A stretch of 64,000 bases of DNA, from positions 209,173 through 273,172 of the forward strand of contig CT867995.1 of the NCBI GenBank assembly GCA_000165425.1, written 5' to 3'. Each line of letters starts with the position of its first letter. Positions within the stretch are counted from its first letter, which is position 1. Origin of the DNA: Paramecium tetraurelia (lineage: Eukaryota). Below the pieces are notes generated by a model, which was given only the letters and a program-made list of their open reading frames with translations, made no database searches and was not told the origin of the DNA. A program made the position numbers and the translations under genes. Shown here piece by piece: positions 13,518 through 26,891 of this stretch.

Positions 13518-13730
13518 TCATACAGAGAGGCCTTGTAGACAGCTTTTGGTAAGAAGTTCAATTATTTCAATTTCTTATTCTTCTGGTAATGACGGCAGTC
13601 TTTCAAATTGAAATGCAATTAGATTATGTAAGTTCAAATGATTGTTTTTGATAATGCTTGTTGCTATTAATGGTCTAAATTAGTATTTGATCACTTGAGT
13701 GGCCGCTTTTGCAATAAATTTACAAAACAT
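13518..13730 (-). CDS. Small protein (70 aa) with mitochondrial-presequence-like N-terminus
   Basis: ORF MFCKFIAKAATQVIKYQFRPLIATSIIKNN...SCLQGLSV-TGA immediately downstream of the kinase. Confidence 0.5.
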
Positions 13731-13753
13731 ATAATAATATTTTAATTTGATAA

Positions 13754-15166
13754 TCATTCGATTTATAAAAGCATATCCTCCACTTATATTTTTTTTTAAT
13801 AAAATTCCAATCCATCTCCTTTGATTAATTAGAAATCAATCCCCACAGTGGATTCGGTTGGTCCTTAGACTAATTAGATGGCCATTTCAAATTCTTCATT
13901 ATTTAATAAATACCAGTAATGAATCTAGAATAAAAATCAAAGAGTTACTTTATATTTTTGATTATCTACAAAATTAATCTTGTTGGCGAATTTGTCCTTG
14001 TTTTCAATAAGCTTAACAAATATTAGATGAGGTTCAAATGGAAGTATTACATCTGTCTATTTAAATCTTTTTAATTCTCGTTTTAATGTTACATCAATAG
14101 TTAAGTCGTCCTCTCCTCTATTAAAATTTCCAATCCCAACAGTCACTAGATTAGAGTTGGATCACATACATTGTTAATTTTGGTCTGCTGCCTATAATTT
14201 TTATTTGTCAAGCATTTTCTATAAGTTTTCTTTATTTTGTTAGGATTGAATTTTTAATTTACGTGCATTTAGTAATTTGATCACAAGATCATTACTGATG
14301 GTGGCTCCTTGGTACCAAGAAGTGCTGATAATTTCAGAAAGAGTTGGTCTCTATAAGGGATCAAAGGCAAGCATGGAATTAATGAGAGTTTTGAGGTCAT
14401 TTGAGAACCTTGGTATTCCAGACTTCTCCTTGTAAGCCCAAAATTGATCAAACCGATTGGTGCATATTAGATTATAAATTTAATCTTTAATATTTGCTTA
14501 CTTGAATGGCAATTGAGCAGTCACCATTAGAAATAAAATAACACCAGCTGCAAATAAATCAACACATTATCCTACATACTTTTGTCTAACTAAAATTTCC
14601 GGAGCCATATAACTGATAGTTCCCTTAAATGAGGCTAGGACTCCATGTCCATAATTGCCTCCAACAAATGTAGCAAATCCTAGATCGGATACCTTCAATT
14701 AGCCATCTTAAAATAAAATGTTTTCTGGTTTTAGATCTCTATGAGCTAGACCTTAACCATGTAAATATTGCAGCACATCAATGAGTTGATGGAATAAGGT
14801 TCTAGCAGTTTCTTCCTTGAATGGCCCAGTCTATGATAGTTATTCAAACAATTCTCCATCTTTCATATAATCGTAAACCAAACAAGATTTAATCACCTTC
14901 TAACCATTTCTTTTAGTGTATTCCTCATTCACATGAAAATTTAATAACGTTATCAAATTTTTATGATTTAACCCCCTATGTATTTAAATTTCTTTTTCAA
15001 TATCCTTTGAAAATTAAACAAATTTTAATGCCACTTCTTTATCTCCATCTAAACCTAATTTGACTCTACAGAATAGCATAATTAATTACTTTCCTTGCCC
15101 TCCTTTGCCAATGGTTTATTTGACTATGTAGTTAGCATATTGAGCATAAGATTTTTCTATTTCCAT
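13754..15166 (-). CDS. Ser/Thr protein kinase (CAMK-like) with KA1-like C-terminus
   Basis: IGKGGQGKVK, VALK, HRDLKPEN, DLG, GTISYMAPE, DLFAAGV; C-terminal GIDFQLIKGDGLEFY. Confidence 0.92.
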
Positions 15167-15484
15167 TTATAATTTATAAAAGAAATTATTTATAAAGTCA
15201 ATATAAAACTAGCAGATATATTTTATTTTTATATTGTTTTATGATACAAAAATAAATAATTTATCAGAAATACTTTATTTGAAATAACAATTACTTATAA
15301 GTAATAATTACAAATAGACTGGCTATTGAATAGTTTAATACATTCAATATAATAATTCCCAAAAATCTATATATTCTAAAATAATAGAGTAAAATATATG
15401 ATCTATAAGCTGCTAGCTTATTATCAATAGTATGAGTATTATGAAATCAATTTCTTAATTAATAATAAAATGTATCATAATAAT

Positions 15485-15793
15485 TCAAAATTTTACAGGA
15501 TTTTTCTTACTCTAAATAGCCTCGAATTTCTCTTTTACTCTTAATCTATCTTGCCCACTCAATTCCTCTAACCCTGTCAATTCAATATCAGTAACTCCCC
15601 ATAAGTTGGCTTTGGTGAAACATTTCTCGTGGTACCATTGGATGTTTGTATAACCTCCTTAAATAAACTAATATCAAATACCTCCCTTCTTCACGTAATA
15701 CCCTATCCTTATAGTATTTTCAGCAATCTTCTCATAACAATTTCTACAGCAAGACCTATTGCTTGGAGAATAAGTGACTTGTATTAATGGCAT
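15485..15793 (-). CDS. Stand-alone PARP-type zinc-finger protein (94 aa)
   Basis: YSPSNRSCCRNCYEKIAENTIRIG...WYHEKC...GLEELSGQDR; one 24-nt intron (15658-15681). Confidence 0.85.
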
Positions 15794-15904
15794 AAATATT
15801 AAATAATTATTCTATGAGAAATACGAACCTTTAAATCTAAAAATATTAAATTGATAAATAATTTTAAAGAGGATAATCTCAAATCTTTTTATACCACTCA
15901 TTAA

Positions 15905-16863
15905 TCAGTTGTTTTTCTTCTAAGTATCAGTTGTAGATGCCCTCTCCTTCATCCATTAAGGAGCAATGAACTAAATTAATAATTCCATAATCTTACCTTA
16001 ATCATTACCCAATTGAATAACCAACGTGGCGCGAATAGATAGAATTCAGCTTATATCTCATGATTCCAATGTCCATTTGTATTCCATCCCATTCTCTTCA
16101 AGAGTCCATCAGCACAATCTGAAGGGGTGATGGTCATCAAATCTGGTTTCCTATTAAATGTCATGTTGGTTGAGACCTCAGAGGGTCTTAAAGCAAAGAC
16201 TTCCAATTCAGGATATTCAGCACTCAATGTAGATGTCAAATATTCCCCATAGGATTTACTTGCACTATATACATTGAAATAGGGCGTTGGGATCTATCCT
16301 GCCAGAGATGTCACATTTACTATGGCAGATTTATGTGATCTCCTTCTTAGCAGTTGTGGAATGAATCTTTTACATAGCATAGTCACTGGTAAGCAATTCA
16401 CTATAATGGTTTTGTAGATTTCTTCATCTGAGATCAAATGAAAACGATTAAAAGCATCTGCACCAACATTGTTTATGACTATACTCACGTCTCTCTCGCC
16501 TACTTCATCCATTATTTTGTCAAACAATTTAATGTCCATAGATTGAGCAAAATCGGCAACTATGATGTGTGATTCAGTTTGTAATTATTGTGCCACTGCC
16601 TCTAATTTTGAACGTGTTCTAGCAACCAAGATTATTTTGAATCCCTTCTATGAAAATTTCATTGCCAATTATTTTCCTATTCCATCTGATGCCCCTGTTA
16701 TGCATACCCAAGAGCCATTCCCGTATTTTTTAAGGTTGGTACTTGGTCTCATCAATTTCCATATAAACCAGAGCATTTTTGTGCATTTGAGCAAGCCAAG
16801 TATACCTAGTATATAAAGTAGAGTTTGGAATTTTGGATAAGCCTTAATATATTCCGAAAACAT
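15905..16863 (-). CDS. SDR oxidoreductase, very-long-chain 3-ketoacyl-CoA reductase / HSD17B12-like
   Basis: N-terminal TM segment, WVCITGASDGIGK, INNVG, NVTSLAG, YSASK catalytic motif. Confidence 0.9.
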
Positions 16864-16909
16864 AAATAATTATATCAATTTTTAATAATTTAGCTGTTAA
16901 AAAGTGCCA

Positions 16910-17080
16910 ATGGATTTATTGCATATTCATCATCGCTTAACACTATTGCATAACAAGCTCATCTCTGCATTAGACGAAGACACCTTCTTGGGAACATCCC
17001 ATTTTGGTTCCCTAGAAAACTCAGAAATAGTTATTAACAGAACTAAAAGCAAGAAAAATCGCAATAAAAATAAAAGGTGA
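16910..17080 (+). CDS. Putative micro-protein (56 aa) with basic C-terminus
   Basis: MDLLHIHHRLTLLHNKLISALDEDTFLG...TKSKKNRNKNKR-TGA; higher GC than flanks, divergent from the SDR gene. Confidence 0.45.
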   Translation: MDLLHIHHRLTLLHNKLISALDEDTFLGTSHFGSLENSEIVINRTKSKKNRNKNKR

Positions 17081-17654
17081 ATATATGAAAACATATATCT
17101 ATTTTTAATTATATATTTACTTTGCTTTTTGACTCTATGAACATATCTATCAATAATAAAATGAACTAAATAATTGAATACAAAATTTAGTTATTTTTTA
17201 AGTAACACATTTTATGTTGATGAAGAAGTGGAAAATTTGCATAGGCATTACTAGAATCATCAAGTAAATAAAATTAGATTATAACAACCTTAATAACATT
17301 AGTAAAATATTGCCAATTTTAAGGTAAAATAAATATAATAATATTAAAGAAAGTTAAAACTACTTAATAGTATGATTAAAAAATAGGAGAACTATAGTAG
17401 GAGCAGTCAAATTAAGTTAGAATCAATATTAAAATACATACTCCAGTCTAATTCTATTTTGCCAATTAACAATTTCGATTAAATTTATTATATTTGATGG
17501 TCTCTAAGTATTCTAGATTTATCATTTTAAATTTCATCTGAACTTTATCCAAAAAGTCTAATCCTATTGATACTTGTGACTCTGACGACACAAATGAGAT
17601 CATTGTGTTACAATTATCATTTAATTAATCTTAAAATTCATTTTCGTTTATTAT

Positions 17655-18492
17655 ATGTTATCAGAAACTAGTAAGGAAGTTTAAAAGGATTAAAATGTCG
17701 TACCACAATTAAATCAAACCCCAAGTAGTACATATTTTGTTTACAATTGTTACATTCCAGTAGTGTAAGATTACATGAGTCAGCCTCCTGCTCTATAGGT
17801 TAGGAACTCAAGTAAGAAAAAAGAGTTTATAATTAAGGCGAGTCTTTTCCTCAGTTAATAAAAAACAATGATAGTATTCAGTTGTCTCATTTGGCTCCTG
17901 GAGTTTCGATTCCAAGTTTTCAATTTGGGGCCTCTGCTCCTTTTATTTCCCCTGATGATGTTATGAGAAATGTGTAGCCTGCATAGAATCATTTTGCATC
18001 GTTTATCTTGAATGAGTAGTTGAAGACACAGAATCAACCGACCAAAAATAGAATAATCGAAGGGACTCAAACCCTTTGTGACATAGAGATCGTACTAATT
18101 TCGCGATATTTTGACATGAAGGCGCATGTATTGTGATTTATATAACAGGAAGGTATTTTGTCCTCCAAATAACAAGTACGCTCTTAAGGAAGACACCAAT
18201 ATTTCGAATGCTGAATGGCTGAAGGATCGAATGTTGTTTCGCTATAAAAAACCTGTACGATATTTCTTTTATAAATCAGATCAAGGAGTCATTTTCAGAT
18301 ATGATTGACTAATTGGAGAAGGAAGGGGAAATCAATTTTAAGAACATGATTCACCCAGTAAAATTTGCTTAAGGAGGATTCGATAATGTAGAGAGACAGG
18401 TGCCCAAATCGGTGAAGAGTGAGAAGCCATTTGCAGTGTTTATATTTGAGATTCAACAATTAATTTCCTAGTTCTTGTTCACTAAATATTGA
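17655..18492 (+). CDS. Hypothetical protein
   Basis: Code-6 frame from MLSETSKEVQKD with introns near 17811, 18128 and 18255; one splice acceptor ambiguous. Confidence 0.55.
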
Positions 18493-18524
18493 AATTTATA
18501 AAAATATACTAAATTTTATATGTG

Positions 18525-20038
18525 TCATTAAATTGAAGATCTGCATGTTGGACAAGTAGTATGCAACAACACCCATTTTATGAGACATTCCTTATGGAAA
18601 ATGTGAGAAGGATGACATTGCAATCCTACTAATAATTGATCTTAGAGTAATTTCTCTCTGCAAATTATGCAGTCCACATTCTCCTCCAAATTGATTGATC
18701 TTTCAGGAGACAATTGCAATTTCCGAATTAATTCTCGATGGTTCCTCTCTTCTAATTGTTGTTGCTCCATTTACAAGTACCTACTCAAAGCGTTATAATA
18801 AGGATTAGGGACCACGTCATTTAAGTCATAGAATCTCATGTCAAATCTGGACTCATATGATTCCAAATGATCCAATGAAACTCTGTTCGAATACTTTTTG
18901 ACTGCATAATAAATGTATATCAGTAACGAAATCACAAAACAGATAGTATCATTAACTAGGTAAACTTCAATTTTGTAAATTGATTCCTATATGTATTTGA
19001 AGTAGTTTTTGAGATTGAACATCAAACAAACTATTACACAAGCAAATGACGATAAATAGATGATGGCCTTCAGAGTCTTATTCAAGCATGATTCATAGAA
19101 AAAGAGCTTGTAGTACAACATGTAGGCATTTTAGTAACAACTTAAATGGCGTTAGTTCACTTTCTTTATCATTTTTAGTAGAATTAAGTGATAGAGTTGC
19201 TTGAGAATCATGGTTCCACAATAGATGATGTATAGATAGATCACTAAGACGGTCTCACTCTCTGATTAATCAATAAAACTAGCAATCACTGCTAATTTTA
19301 TTTTATAATACATCAGCAAAATTATGGTCATTTTCAATGTGTTCTTTTTTGTCTCAATGAACCCTAAGACTATCTTATGGAATTACTTGGCAAGTTGATG
19401 TATTGGTATCCTGCTTTGGTTTTTAAGATTGAACATTCACAATTCCCTGGACTTTGACGGAAGCAAGAATGTATGCAGGCAATCAAATACAGAACCATAT
19501 GCAATATGTAAGATATTATTAACAATGGATATATCTTGCTGTTGGTATGCAAAATGAATAGGAATTGGCTGAACCAAAAACTCCAAATGAACGAACTGTA
19601 CATCAAGACGTTTATCAAATCGAATTTCTCCTGAAATTTAAACTCCTCCAAGAATTCATATACATTCTTTTCATAGGTAAGACACAACAATTTCAAATTC
19701 TCTTTTGGGACATTCAGAATTTCTATGTTCGCATTTTTCAAATCCAAATAAATTGCCAAATACAATATCAAAGTGAGCAAATGCGAAAACCATTTACATA
19801 ACTCTATTCCCACCATTTTTGGATCAATCAAACAACTCAAACTAGTTATGGTTGTCAGAAGCAATAAAATTGAAGATGCTATTAGCAGGTACTTAATTTT
19901 TAATTAAGATGCTTTTATCAATTTGACATAATGTTCTTTTAAGTCTTCAATCGATCCATGACGATTCGTGTTAACATGTTATTAGTATTAACTCAACATC
20001 CGTTGTTCCTCATATGAGCATTCTTACTCCGAATTCAT
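18525..20038 (-). CDS. Multi-pass membrane protein with C-terminal RING-H2 (E3 ubiquitin ligase)
   Basis: Many hydrophobic segments, then CIICRE...CHPSHIFHKECLIKWVLLHTTCPTCR. Confidence 0.88.
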
Positions 20039-20878
20039 TTAATATAATTAAAATTTTTCATAATGATCATAATCCTTAATCAAAAAATTCTCTTTAAACT
20101 CTCCTCATTTAAATTCTGCGAAATTTTTTCAAAATTCCACTCAAAATCAATTTTCTTATAAACTTTCTATCCTTCCTACACACATCAATTAAACATGAAT
20201 CCTTTCATCATTTATATTGCCTATTAGACTATTACCCTTATGTATTAACTAACTCTAATTAACTAAATAACAATTTTGAGATTATTCTAATACCGTCATT
20301 AGTTCTTATTAATCTCATTTCTTATTGATTACCGACCATATTACATCGGTATTTTGATAATTATCAACCCATAATGAGAAGGTGATAATTTAATCAGAAT
20401 AAGTTCCACAAATATTTGAGTGTTAATTGATATTCTGATTCTCTTTTCAAATATTGAACTAAACTCTAAATTCATACTATATTATTGCTGATTATTTCAT
20501 AAAATATTATCAATATCTAATATTTCGATTATGTTTCATCAAAATACATTATTATAATTTAATGCTTATAAGATAATTTTATTTTATTTTTAAAATTTCA
20601 TACAAACTTAGCTTCTCTATCCAAAAAAAAGTGCTTTGTTTATTTTAAATTTAATTTTGAAAATATATTTACTCCAATCTCAATAATAATAAAATGACAA
20701 CAAGATATTAATTATTTATTAGACTACTTGATTGTAATGTAATAATAGGTTAATTTTGTTAACTGAAATAGTGTTAAGAAATGATTAATAGATAGAATTT
20801 ATTGTAATTCGTGTGGATAAGAACAATGTGGATTGGATTTAGAAATAATACTTATTATTTTTTATTAATCACTTATAA

Positions 20879-21550
20879 TCATTTAGGGAAGTCTTTTTAA
20901 TAGATTCCTCTTGATTACTCAATTTCTTTGATATTGTTGACATTATAGTAAATATTCATGATGTTGTGATATTATCCAAAGTCTAAGGCGAATCTAGTCT
21001 AAGCAGAATCAACTTGACAATAGATCAAGATGTCTGCTAATGTCAACTAGTCACCGACACTGAATCTACCTCTTGTTCTTGAAATACTCTTTTCTAGATT
21101 GCTGATTCCCAGCATGTTCCAGTGGGTCCATTGATCTTTCCATTCCAATTATTTCTCTGAGTGCGAATTAATGTATTGTTAAATGCCCAAATGTTGAAAG
21201 GGTTGGATTGATGAATTGATGTATTCTGCGATAGCTCTGTAAATTTATACTAAAAATAAATACCTAACTTGGGCCCTTTGAATCTTGTTTTTGGGCAAGA
21301 TTGGTTTTTCAGGATGCACCTCCTCCAAGTATTCCGCTATGGCGACACTCTCTATCAAGGAGTGACCCTCTGGAGTGACCAAAGCAGGAATTATTTGACG
21401 AGGGTGTATTTTTTTATACTCTTCAGACAATTGTTCTTTCTTAAGGAAGTTGACTGAAACTTGGGTGTAGGGAATCTTCTTATAGTTGAGAATGCTCCTT
21501 ATACGCTAGGTACAGGAGGACATGGCAAATCCATATAATGTATAAGACAT
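20879..21550 (-). CDS. Glutathione S-transferase zeta / maleylacetoacetate isomerase-like
   Basis: LYGFAMSSCTQRIR (SSC motif), IIPAL, ESVAIAEYLEE, GDQLTLADI; 27-nt intron; 214 aa. Confidence 0.9.
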
Positions 21551-21560
21551 AAATTAATTA

Positions 21561-24500
21561 ATGAGTTTATCTGATCTATTAGTGGATTATGGTGGGAGTG
21601 GCAATTCCTAATTTGGTAAGTGTTCTGTATAATCTCCTTAGATGACCATGTAAAAAAGCAATTTACTGGGCCAGCCAAATTTGCCACAAAAATTGATCCG
21701 CTTCAAGTTTTGGATAATACAATAAAACCACCATCTTTGACGAGTTTTCATAAGGAAACGGATAACATTCACCCATCGCCAAACTCGGGGATGATTTAGT
21801 TTTCCCCCAAAACCTCTATAAATGAAGAAAAGAATTTGATGAATCCTTAAAATAAGGAATAACTCAAAGATTTTGTTCAGACCAATTTGATCAACCAATA
21901 GAAAGAAGGCATCAACAATTTTATCAAACTCGTATTGGCCAAAAGCTACTTCAACCGTTTTGTTGAAAATATGCTATAAAAATCTTATGTTAAAAAATTG
22001 TCCCATTTCAACCTCTATCAAAACACTATGATGGACGATCTTAGATATATTGACTCTAAACACAAGATTCACAAGAATTTGATTGGCAAAATATGCAAGA
22101 AACTTAGGTTTGTGCCAATCTTAGATCAAAGCAGCTATTTAGTCATAGGATGGCAATTGCTGCACATTTTGACCATAATCATTGTATTCTTTTGGACTCC
22201 CTTCAATATCTCCTTCGGAATCACATTCGATTAGGTTGTATTTGGAACATTGACAGTGAGAGAAGTTGAATACTATTTTCTGTTTTCCATTGTCGTTGAC
22301 GCATTTATTGTCATAAACACTTCATATATAGAAAAAGGAATCATCATCAAACAGAGAGGCAAAATATTTATAAATTATGTTAATACACAAGGGATTTACG
22401 ATTTAGTAAATGATATCTTATAAACAAGTGTTCATTCGCATCAATGCTAGTTGCTCAACAATTTAATGTGGACAGCTCAAATGAGAAAATTGGGTGGCAA
22501 TTGATTCCTTATATGATTTACTATTGCAGTAGACAGTTTAAATTACAAGCCAGAGTGCATAAATTAGAAGAGTAATCTTTTAAATAATCTTATATATAGG
22601 TTTTTCAATTTTTCAGGTTGGGTACAGGACCTTATTGAATTAATCAAACTCTTATTTATGGTGGTTTATGTGGGTCATCTCTTTGCTTGTTTATGGCATG
22701 GAGTGGCTTTCTATTAAATAGGAATTAGAAAAACTTGGCTTGAAACCTACGATGTTGCCAATTCAGACATATTTACAAAATACAATTATGCATTTTATTG
22801 GTCTGTCCAAACTATGATTACAGTTGGATATGGAGATCTAACACCTCAGAATAATTATGAAAGATTATGTGCCAATTTGAGTATGTTTTTAGCCTGTGGT
22901 GTATTTGCCTTTTCGTTCAATAGTATTGGTCTTATGTTAAGCAATCTAAATTCCAGATAAGTGCTCTACAAACGTAGTACTAATCTATTGAATTCTTATT
23001 TAACTAAAAACCAAATTAAAGTTGAGTTGCAATCCAGAATTAGGAATTATTACGACTACATCTTTCAAGAAGAACAAGAAATAAATGATGAGGAAGTCTC
23101 ACAAATAACAACCAAATTGTCTAGCTCTCTCTAAGAAGAACTAAATTTTGAAATAAGATTCAATGTAATGAAGACAAACAAAGTATTAACAAAGTTCTCC
23201 TAGAAAACACTCAGACAACTGTCTTTGGTCATCGAAGAAGTAAGGTATTCGCCAGAGGATTAAATCTTACTATAAGGCACTCAAGATGATTGCTCTCTGT
23301 ATATAATCACAAAAGGAACAATATCCGTCTTATTCCAAGATGATCCTCAAGGTCGGAATACAAGGGTTCTCTCTTACTTGGAGAAGGGGGAATCATTTGG
23401 TGAATACTCATTTTTTACAGGACTCAATAGATGTGCATCTGCAAAAAGCATAGGCTTTTCAAGAGCATACAAAATACCCAGATAATCTTTATTAACTGTT
23501 CTATAAACTAATTAAATTGATTTAGTATAATATTAGAAATAAATTTAGGAACGCTTTTGCGAAGTGAGAGATTCCATTTTGTTAGGAGAAAACTATCAAC
23601 CTGCCAAATTAAGTTGTTATTCTTGCAAAAAGTTTAATCATTTAATTAAGGATTGTCCAGTTCTACATTATGTGGCTGACAAAGAGAGAGTGATTAAAAA
23701 GGAGAACTATCCCTTCCAATAGGACAGAAATGTAGTTTACAAGAGGAAAAGATCTGATCGCAATTATTATGCAACTCTTTTGGAGATGAAAAAAACCATT
23801 GCCTATGTCAGAGACTTCCAAACAAGAGAAAATTAAGCTGACAATATCACAGTTATTGATGAGGACTTGGATGTTTCTTATGAAGATAATGATGGGTCAC
23901 CCAATGAACAAGATTATAGTAAGACATGATCATTCTATCAATTAGCCTCTCTCTCCAAAAGTTACTCCAAAGTTTCAAGACAGCACTCTTAAAATAGATC
24001 CTATTCTCAATATGAAAATAATAACAACAACAAAAATCTACAACCTATTTAAGAAAGTGATGACTCAATTGATAGTCCCAGTCCTAATAAGAGGAGGAAT
24101 ATGCAAGTTAAATAAACACTATAAACTGCTGGATTTGGAGCTCAAGATTCCTTCTAAAACAAAATAAGAAATGATGATTTCGATCCAAATATTTCTAGTT
24201 TTGGAAATGCTACTCCTTCCATCAAAGATGAAAATAGATTCACTACTAAAAATGATTCACTTTGTTTACCAGGTCCAATTGATGTCCCAGGAAGGGTGAC
24301 CAAAAAAAGAATCACCTTAGTTAGAAAATAAAAAAGGGAAGAATCCTATAAGCCATTTTCATCCTAAACTAAAGTGGATGTTAATTAAGAGAGAGAAAAG
24401 TCTTAAACAAGAAAGTCTAAAATCAAGGATCCTTTTGTTGATATCCCTGTCACTCCTTCTATTCAATCTGTAGATCACAAAAGGGACTCAGTTGACAGGA

Positions 24501-25093
24501 TTAATGATCACAGGGATTAAAAGAGGAAAAGCACGAAAACTAAGACGAACAGGAGTAGAACTGCTAAAACTCATAAAACAACTAAATTAATTCCTGAAAC
24601 TCCTACCTAAGAGATTTCAATTCCTGTATTCGAGAGACAACCTGTGTCTATGGAATTGGAAGATTTTGAAGTATTAAAGAATTTTTCAAATTATTTCAGT
24701 TGGAATAATGCTAAAGTAGTTGTTGCAAGAACAATGAGGGTTTTATTGAAGAATCTTGAAAAAAGGAGATATTATCTTAATTAATTTTCATTTTATACCT
24801 TCAACTCATTGGCAATCACTAAGATCACAAGAATCAAACGAAAACTTAAATTAATGTAATTGATATTTACATCTACAATATTTTTAGAGATGATCCACCT
24901 TAAGATGAGAAAAGAGATAAGAAAAATATTCATCCACTTAACAAGACTATGAAAGGCAGAAGAGAAAGTAAAAGAAGCACCTAAACTGATGACATTTCTG
25001 GGTTGTTTTAGAAGAAACCATAATTTGGAACTCAAGTCTAATTACTCTAAGGAATTTCTTTTTCCAGATTTAGCCGAATTGAATCTGACTTGA
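21561..25093 (+). CDS. EAG/CNG-type (KCNH-like) potassium channel with cyclic-nucleotide-binding domain
   Basis: Six TM segments, pore YWSVQTMITVGYGD (~22811-22837), C-linker, CNBD (GESFGEYSFFTG..RCASA), CCHC knuckle, long C-tail; five short introns. Confidence 0.93.
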
Positions 25094-25205
25094 GATGAAT
25101 AAAGTTATGTTCTCTAATTATAATTAACCATAATAATAATAATACTACATTGTTAATAAAAAATGCTTTAATTTTTTTATATTAACAAATTTCGGATTAA
25201 TACTA

Positions 25206-25937
25206 ATGGAAGACGTATGAACATCTATATCTCCATAGGACTTACATTTTAAGATTCAGATGTAGGAGATGCCATCAGCTCCATCCAAACCATTAATTTA
25301 AACATCAACAGACGAGCCAACTAAACTGTCTGTAGCTTCAACTTCGGAATCGATTCCGCTTTAAACATCAAACTATGATTTGAATCATGCATCACATCCG
25401 AAAGCCTGCATTTTTACATTTTTGTTCAAAGCACTTGCATTAATATTTTATCTCATATTTGGTGATAGCATTTGGTCATTTATATTGGTGATAGTCTTTT
25501 CAGCATTTGATTTTTGGACTGTCAAGAATATAACTGGAAGGTAATTGATTTCATCCAAATTTAAGATTGTTGGTTGGGTTAAAGTGGGAGAATATAATTT
25601 TGGAAGATGGATCTTCAAAATGGGAATTCTACTCTATGCCAAACAAATAGGTGAATGCAGTGGACAAAACCTTCTTTTGGACAGCCCAATTAGGATTTAC
25701 TTTGGCTTGGGCAATATTTACATTCTCAAACATGATCTCATTTACGTTGATGAAAGTATTTATGCTTTGTAATTAAATTAGTTTGTAATAGACGTAATCG
25801 GATTGTCATTATGTTGGACAAATTTGTTTGGTTACTATAAATGTAATGGGGATCATAAAAAGAAAATGAAAGATTTGCAAGGTGACATTACAAGCAAAGT
25901 AGTTACTTAATTTGTAGGATAAATGATGTCGAAATGA
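25206..25937 (+). CDS. TVP23: Golgi membrane protein TVP23/FAM18
   Basis: SHPKACIFTFLFK...[20 protein letters not shown]...GSSKWEF; three introns. Confidence 0.9.
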
Positions 25938-26137
25938 AACAATTATATGTATAATTATAATTATTATTGCTCTAAAGAAGTGTATCTCTATTGAATAATG
26001 ATCCTAATATTGATCTTTATCTTTGCTTATTTCATTTATATTGTGATAAATGATGATAGTGTTTCACATGATAAAAAAGATTATTCTTAAATAAATAATA
26101 ATGAAGAAGTAAACCATTTATGAAGTAGACATAAAAA

Positions 26138-26832
26138 TCATTCGTTTTTTACTTTTTTTTCAATGAAATCGCTTAAATCACTATCCTCCTCATCATCACT
26201 ATCAGACTCTTCCTCCTCATTGCTATCGTCTGAACAAAGTGCCGATTCTTCATCTTCTTAACTCACTTCCTCTTATTCCATATTTATTTGAGTTTCAACT
26301 TCAAATTGCTTCTTTTCTTATTTGGGCTCAACATAAATCTATCCATATTTATCCTTTTCATCTAAGAGTTTCAACCTTGGTAATATTTCAAAAGCGTATT
26401 TTCGAATATCTGAATCCTTTTAAATCACAAATAAAGGAATACTGGTTTGTTTATGCCGTTCATAATGTTGAGAGTCTCTAATTTGGTCAAAGGTTTCAGA
26501 GCGTCTAAGTCTCTCAATTCTCTTAAAAAATTCCCTCCTGCAATTAATACTTCAAGATTGGGAAATGTCTTGGCAATTTATTGTAAGGTCTTTGAAGTTG
26601 TAAAGTTGTCCAAATACTCAAGTTGAGTGACAGAACACATTTGTTACAAATTTTCAAGAGATCTGATACCACATTAATTTAAACTAAGAATCTCCAGATT
26701 TGTACATTTATGAAGTTCAGAAACAAAATCCTCTGGGAGTTTGTTGAGTTAGAGATTGTTGAATCTTAGTTGCTTAATTTCTGAGTATGGTTATGTTCCA
26801 ATTTATTTTTTCAATTTTTACTACCAGCTCAT
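26138..26832 (-). CDS. Acidic leucine-rich nuclear phosphoprotein 32 (ANP32)-like
   Basis: LRRs (NLEILSLNQCGIRSLENL) followed by D/E-rich tail; 26-nt intron. Confidence 0.82.
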
Positions 26833-26891
26833 TTAGTTATTATTAATTTGGAAAAATTGATTTTTGGTCATATTTATGTATATTGAAAATT

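Noticed and set aside
18100..18230. In-frame TGA (..C-TGA) as possible Sec in the 17655-18492 gene
   Set aside because: It only arises with the CAG acceptor at ~18148; an AAG acceptor 4 nt downstream gives a 25-nt intron and an open frame. No SECIS recognised.
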